64,000 nucleotides of DNA from Candidatus Omnitrophota bacterium. Lineage in GTDB: Bacteria; Omnitrophota; Gorgyraeia; B26-G9. How positions within the stretch are numbered: the stretch's first letter is position 1; the number at the start of each line of letters is the position of its first letter. The notes beneath the pieces are model-generated. The model was given only the letters and a program-made list of their open reading frames with translations, was not told the DNA's origin and did not search any database. The translations under genes and the position numbers were made by a program. Shown here piece by piece: positions 59,313-64,000 of the stretch. The DNA is taken from the NCBI GenBank assembly GCA_043805415.1, contig JAZDHZ010000036.1, positions 4,194 to 68,193 of the forward strand. The letters run 5' to 3'.

Positions 59313-60470
59313 TTAGACCCCAATAAGCTTAAACATTTTTCTGATTCCGTATAAGCTCATTGCGAAAAATCGCTTTAAATAATGCCAGAATGTTATTTTT
59401 TCAACTGCTAAATGAAAAAATTGCTTATCAATAAATATTGACTGCCAAAGGCATTTTAGTTTAGCAATAAATCCTTTTTTTGAAAACAAATAAAGCAGTT
59501 CTCCAGAGACATCTCTTCGTCTATTGTGCATTAACATATCTAGTGACCTTTTCTCAAAACTATTTAGTTTCAAGCATGAGAATTCCTTAATTAGCTTTTG
59601 AGGAACAGGCAAAATTCCATTAGCATCCAGATATTTTAATATGTAAAAAACAGGCTTTTCCAAACCATACTGCCGGGATTTTAAAACTAACTTATCCCAA
59701 TCAAAGTTATCTTTGCAATCAGATATAAGATTGCGAATATCATAAAACCAGATCAGCCTTGAAAATGAATGCTCTTGTAAATGCGCGCAACAATTAATTA
59801 CCGCGTCGTAAACTGATAAGGTTTTCACATAAACACTATTGCTTTTAGAAGCAATTGCTTCCAGCCAAATAACCGTGTTTTTTATATTTGGAGAATAAGG
59901 ATTTTGCGCTAATTTGTAAGAGCAGATATAATCCGCATGTAAATCAATAAATAAAGCACTATTATCAAACAAGTAGGGATAGCCTTTCGGGTGCTGATAT
60001 CCCAGACTTTCCAGTAAATTTTTAACTTTAGATATATCCTCTTTATGAATAACCAGATCCACATCACTCATACTTCGACTGCCCAGGGGATATATTCTAT
60101 TCAAAAAATCAGCACCCCGCAGTAATAATACCGCTATTTGATGCTCTTCAAAAGCTTGGATCACATTTTCCAGATGCGTAGTAATTAATAAATTTCTACC
60201 AAGATTACGCATATAATTCTGTTTAATTTCATACAATACCCATTCAGGCAATTTACTATTCAGCCCCCATTTACTAAGGTTATCAAACAATAAGCCATCA
60301 ACTCCTTCGGCAAAAACCTTTTTTAAAAACAAATGCCAGTTAAAATAAGGCAGATTAACTCGGTCTATTGCCTGTTGACAGTCAGAAGGATTGCGCAAAC
60401 AAGCAATAAGCATCTTGTCTATGGCCGCGGCAGAATTTACAGCATTTCTATAAATATTCATATTATTCAA
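59313..60470 (-). CDS. Nucleotidyltransferase family protein (NTP_transf_5-like)
   Basis: LLRGADF..YP..SRSMSDVDLVI..LGY..IDLH..RLIWFYDI. Confidence 0.9.
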   Translation of the reverse strand: MNNMNIYRNAVNSAAAIDKMLIACLRNPSDCQQAIDRVNLPYFNWHLFLKKVFAEGVDGLLFDNLSKWGLNSKLPEWVLYEIKQNYMRNLGRNLLITTHLENVIQAFEEHQIAVLLLRGADFLNRIYPLGSRSMSDVDLVIHKEDISKVKNLLESLGYQHPKGYPYLFDNSALFIDLHADYICSYKLAQNPYSPNIKNTVIWLEAIASKSNSVYVKTLSVYDAVINCCAHLQEHSFSRLIWFYDIRNLISDCKDNFDWDKLVLKSRQYGLEKPVFYILKYLDANGILPVPQKLIKEFSCLKLNSFEKRSLDMLMHNRRRDVSGELLYLFSKKGFIAKLKCLWQSIFIDKQFFHLAVEKITFWHYLKRFFAMSLYGIRKMFKLIGV

Positions 60471-60473
60471 TTC

Positions 60474-60956
60474 TTAGGTTTGTCTTTGATAAGATAAAAA
60501 AGAGATTAAGCCTCTGACTATCTTTCTTAGCAGTCTTATCGGAATATAAAGAAAAGCTCCTATAATCATAAATCTCGAGATCAAAAAACCAGAGCGTCTT
60601 GCAGAATTAGTATCTAATCTTATTCTTTTCCTACCACTTTTTTTTTCAGCCACTTTCCCGATTAAATCTTGTTCGCGAACCGGCAAGTCAGGAAAAATCA
60701 AAGCATCTGCTTTGGTTTGAAAACTAGCCTTGTTGATTTTAAAAACCCGATGACAAAGCATCCGGCTTCCATTATAAGTTAAAACTATTTCTCCCACAGC
60801 AAGTTGTTCGACTCGGCAAGGAACAAGCTGGATAATATCCCTGCTTTTTAAAAAAGGATACATCGAATTGCCAATAACTGTTATCTGAAGATTACCTTTT
60901 CTTAGGATATCACGCTTATATGTTTCTGCCCGCGCAGCCTGAATAGCATTTTCCAT
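60474..60956 (-). CDS. S24/S26 signal-peptidase-like serine peptidase
   Basis: VIGNSMYPFLKSRD (Ser), LCHRV (His), TKAD, LIGKV. Confidence 0.88.
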   Translation of the reverse strand: MENAIQAARAETYKRDILRKGNLQITVIGNSMYPFLKSRDIIQLVPCRVEQLAVGEIVLTYNGSRMLCHRVFKINKASFQTKADALIFPDLPVREQDLIGKVAEKKSGRKRIRLDTNSARRSGFLISRFMIIGAFLYIPIRLLRKIVRGLISFLSYQRQT

Positions 60957-60958
60957 TA

Positions 60959-62359
60959 TTATTTAATATATACTTTTATTGCCGCTTTTTTCTTATAGTC
61001 ATCGACCCATTGCTGGTACATATCATACTGTTTGATCATTTTTACTTTTTTAAGGTAATCCGCTTTTTTATTCTCAAATTCAGCTGGATCAGCCTTGCGG
61101 ATTTTCATTATTTTAAACACTCCATAGCCTTTATAAATCGAAGCCGGGGGATAAAATGCTCCAATTTGTTCATCGAGCATTTTATAAGCATCTTCTTTAG
61201 TAAAACCCCACATATGGATAAGAAAATCCAGCGCCACAAATCCCGGAACTTTAAAAGATCCAGGATCTTTTCTTTTTTCATCTTCCCAGAAACCAGGCAC
61301 TCTCCCTGACGCTGCATAAAATTTCTTTGCTTGGCTTTCCGAACCGAATCTCAGAACATCCGCTCCGCCTTCGGCAAATGTGTCAAAAAAGAAATTATAA
61401 GCAATCGCTACGGTTCTATTCTTTTTTAGAAAATCAGCATATTTCGATTTATCAACAATTTCCGGCTGCTCTTTTGCCGCTATTTTGCGCATTAGTTCAT
61501 CGCTTGTGGTAAAACCAGTAATATATTTTCTGAAATCAGCCGGTTCTACGCCAAATTTGTCCTTGATCCACTGATTATACTTATCAGTTTCCTCTTTCCA
61601 TTTAAAATTCACCTCATTATCGCGTAATAATCCCTCTATTGCTTTATCCACATCCGCGTCTTGCGCTTTGAATTTACGAATTCCTGCTTCATAAGAATAA
61701 ACCAGATCATTCCAAATTAAGTCATCATTCGCTTTTTGCGTAACTGGAATTATAGACTTTTCATAAAACTCTTGAGCTTGTTCTTTATCATCAAACTGCT
61801 TTAATTCAACCATAAGCGTATTGTACTCATTAAGAAACTTGTCATAAGCCTCTTCGTCTGACACTTCCGGATTAAAACCATCAATTATCTGATTTCTAAG
61901 TTTTTCCAGCTTTACCAAATGCTCCATCTGATTGCGAAAAACTTCCACTGGCTCGCCTAATTTTTCTTTAACCCATTGCTGATACTTTTCTTTATCGACT
62001 CTAAAGCTAAAATCAACCTTATTTGTTTGCAAAATCTTCTCGATTTCTGAATCTATCTCATTATCCGTTACAGTAATTCCCCGGTTAAATGACTCATAAG
62101 AAAAAAGCAGTTCTTGCCAAACAAGCTCTTCAAGCTCTGCTTCATCCTTGGGCGAGCCTCTCCATTTAGCGCCAAATGTCATTACTACCCTTTTAGCAAA
62201 ATAGTAATTCCCGACTGAAACTGGCACGCCAAAAAACTCACCCGCAACTTGAGATTCTTCATCCTGAGCATTCTGAGCTAAAACACTAGTGATATTGATT
62301 GTAGTTATTAGACAAATTGCTAAAAAACAAGCAATCCCGTTGCGATATGATTTACCCAT
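60959..62359 (-). CDS. Exported SurA/PrsA-like chaperone with duplicated SurA-N-like segment
   Basis: Signal peptide; LLFSYESFNRGITVTDNEID and a second copy LVYSYEAGIRKFKAQDADVD; C-terminal GYGVFKI..YQQWVDDYKKKAAIKVY. Confidence 0.72.
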   Translation of the reverse strand: MGKSYRNGIACFLAICLITTINITSVLAQNAQDEESQVAGEFFGVPVSVGNYYFAKRVVMTFGAKWRGSPKDEAELEELVWQELLFSYESFNRGITVTDNEIDSEIEKILQTNKVDFSFRVDKEKYQQWVKEKLGEPVEVFRNQMEHLVKLEKLRNQIIDGFNPEVSDEEAYDKFLNEYNTLMVELKQFDDKEQAQEFYEKSIIPVTQKANDDLIWNDLVYSYEAGIRKFKAQDADVDKAIEGLLRDNEVNFKWKEETDKYNQWIKDKFGVEPADFRKYITGFTTSDELMRKIAAKEQPEIVDKSKYADFLKKNRTVAIAYNFFFDTFAEGGADVLRFGSESQAKKFYAASGRVPGFWEDEKRKDPGSFKVPGFVALDFLIHMWGFTKEDAYKMLDEQIGAFYPPASIYKGYGVFKIMKIRKADPAEFENKKADYLKKVKMIKQYDMYQQWVDDYKKKAAIKVYIK

Positions 62360-62541
62360 AATAATCCCTCCTTAGAAAACTAACTTGAACCGCCCTATTC
62401 AAAAAATCTAAATCTTTATTGTGCTTTATTTTATCATACATCGTAATATTTTTTCAAGTCATATTAGAATAAGAAATATTGCTGCTCTGGGATAAAAAAA
62501 CATCTCTTGACTGCTAATTCGCTATCTGCTAATTTAATTAA

Positions 62542-63333
62542 ATGAGTAATTCAGATATTATACAAGTCAGGAATGTCGAGAAATCTTTCTTTCCCGTGCT
62601 AACTCTAGGGGATATCCTGGGAATTAGACTAAAAAGAAAACCGCCTGTTAAAGCTTTGGAGGATATCAGCTTTCAGTTAACTGCCGGCAAAATATTAGGC
62701 ATTCTCGGACCAAACGGAGCGGGTAAAACCACTTTATTAAAATGTCTTTGCAATTTAATTATTCCGGATAAAGGCACAATACTTATCGATCAATATTCTG
62801 GCGATAAATACCCGGCTAAAATAAAATCCCTGATTGGTTTAGTGGACAATGAGGAACGAAGTTTTTATTGGCGCTTAAGCGGCATGCAAAACCTAGAGTT
62901 TTTCGCTGCTTTGTACGGGTTAAGCCCTAAACAGACAAAACTTAGGATCACTGAGCTTTTATCTATTTTCAATATAGATTTCATGCTCAAACGTTTTGAT
63001 ACTTACTCGACTGGAATGAAAAGAAAGCTTTCGCTATTAAGAGCAATCATCCACAAACCTAAAATACTTTTAGTTGATGAGCTGACTAAAAGCCTTGATT
63101 TTGATACAGCCTTAAGCTTATATAAATTTATTAAGAATTTAAGCAATAATGGCACGACGATTATCTTAACCAGTCACAATATTCCTGAAGCAGAAAATCT
63201 CTGTAATACATTCATGCTGCTGGTGAAAGGAAAAATCTCAGCCATGGGCAATCTTGAAGATTTACGCCGGAAATTTAAAACCGCAAACGCGTCCTTAACT
63301 GATATTTACAAGATGGTGATGGAAAATGCTTAG
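62542..63333 (+). CDS. ABC exporter ATP-binding subunit
   Basis: GPNGAGKTT, ERSFYWRL, YSTGMKRK, LVDE. Confidence 0.93.
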   Translation: MSNSDIIQVRNVEKSFFPVLTLGDILGIRLKRKPPVKALEDISFQLTAGKILGILGPNGAGKTTLLKCLCNLIIPDKGTILIDQYSGDKYPAKIKSLIGLVDNEERSFYWRLSGMQNLEFFAALYGLSPKQTKLRITELLSIFNIDFMLKRFDTYSTGMKRKLSLLRAIIHKPKILLVDELTKSLDFDTALSLYKFIKNLSNNGTTIILTSHNIPEAENLCNTFMLLVKGKISAMGNLEDLRRKFKTANASLTDIYKMVMENA

Positions 63334-64000
63334 AAAAATTTTCGCGCTGCTTAAAAAAGATTTTTTACTGGAATCAAGCTATAAATTAGCTTTTATTATG
63401 AATATTTTCAGTGTCTGCGCGTCGCTGTTAATATATTTCTTTATTGATAAATTATTTGGTAACAATATGAACAAATACTTGGAAAAATTTGGGGTGAATT
63501 ATTTTTCTTATGTTTTATTAAGCATGGCTTTTTTCAGCTATATTGGAGTCGGAATCGGATCTTTTTCATCCCGGATTCGATTTGAACAATTACAAGGAAC
63601 GCTCGAATCCCTGTTCCTAACGCCCACAAAAACTGAAGTAATCCTATTAAGCATGACCATCTGGAATATTATCTTTGCCACAATAGATGTTATAATCTAT
63701 TTTATTTTTGGTGTATTTTTATTTAAAATAAATTTTAGCAGCATTAACCTAGTCTCGACATTTACCACACTTGTTTTAACTATTATTTCTTTCAGCAGTT
63801 TGGGAATTCTTTCAGCTAGCTTTATTTTAATTTATAAAAGAGGCAATCCCACAGCATGGTTAATCAGTACTTTAGAGGGTGTGGTTGGCGGAGTTTACTT
63901 TCCGATTAGTGTTTTACCAGGGTATTTGCAAATAGTTGCGCATTGTTTGCCGGTGACTTATGCGATCCGCGCCATAGAACTAGCGGTTTATCAAGGTTAT
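63326..64000 (+). CDS. ABC-2 type permease, partial (runs off the right edge); not in the track
   Basis: ATG 63326 overlapping the previous stop; MLRKIFALLKKDFLLESSYKL..EQLQGTLESLFLTP..GGVYFPISVLPGYLQ..LPVTYAIRAI. Confidence 0.92.
   Translation, partial: MLRKIFALLKKDFLLESSYKLAFIMNIFSVCASLLIYFFIDKLFGNNMNKYLEKFGVNYFSYVLLSMAFFSYIGVGIGSFSSRIRFEQLQGTLESLFLTPTKTEVILLSMTIWNIIFATIDVIIYFIFGVFLFKINFSSINLVSTFTTLVLTIISFSSLGILSASFILIYKRGNPTAWLISTLEGVVGGVYFPISVLPGYLQIVAHCLPVTYAIRAIELAVYQGY

Noticed and set aside
57211-60956. Lasso peptide or PQQ biosynthesis cluster
   Set aside because: No asparagine-synthetase-like cyclase, no transglutaminase-like B2 and no pqqB/pqqC in the window; a cyclase beyond the edge cannot be excluded.
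798-61512. Many 60-135-aa ORFs antisense to or nested within long genes (e.g. 798..1049, 9128..9436, 20787..21200, 48561..48962, 61010..61309)
   Set aside because: Shadow ORFs on well-supported genes, with no motifs.

Overview
AT-rich, gene-dense bacterial window. Giant secreted repeat proteins and PVC-type T2SS/pilus genes suggest Candidatus Omnitrophota; this is inference from gene content, as no marker gene is present. From left to right: (1) the 5' part of a giant secreted protein running off the left edge, preceded by a small exported protein, a membrane-anchored RAYT/Y1-transposase-domain protein, a variant c-di-GMP-I riboswitch with terminator and a sigma70 promoter; (2) a minus-strand run gspE-F-I-J-K followed by a radical SAM enzyme, GT4 glycosyltransferase, PHP-like protein, WbqC, ExeA ATPase, PIG-L deacetylase and WecA/MraY; (3) a Fur/Zur-controlled Zn/metal uptake cassette between the two T2SS halves; (4) a plus-strand operon MerR-HTH, parA, PilM/PilN fusion, PilO-like, GspC-like, gspD, ending in an uncalled 55-aa Cys-containing RiPP-precursor-like ORF; (5) three minor pilins (one frameshifted), a PQQ-type beta-propeller and a ~6,300-aa repeat adhesin split by a 1-nt frameshift, behind a sigma54 promoter; (6) a second RAYT flanked by palindromic direct repeats; (7) an operon SurA-like, S24/S26 peptidase, nucleotidyltransferase, HPr-kinase-like, PqqD/RRE, rSAM-SPASM, sensor kinase and sigma54 response regulator, with a divergent ABC-2 exporter. 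The best candidate for an undescribed system is a split RiPP pathway tied to a sigma54 two-component system and a giant-adhesin T2SS/pilus machine. No rRNA, tRNA or CRISPR array was seen. All calls are from reading the sequence by eye; no database searches were run.
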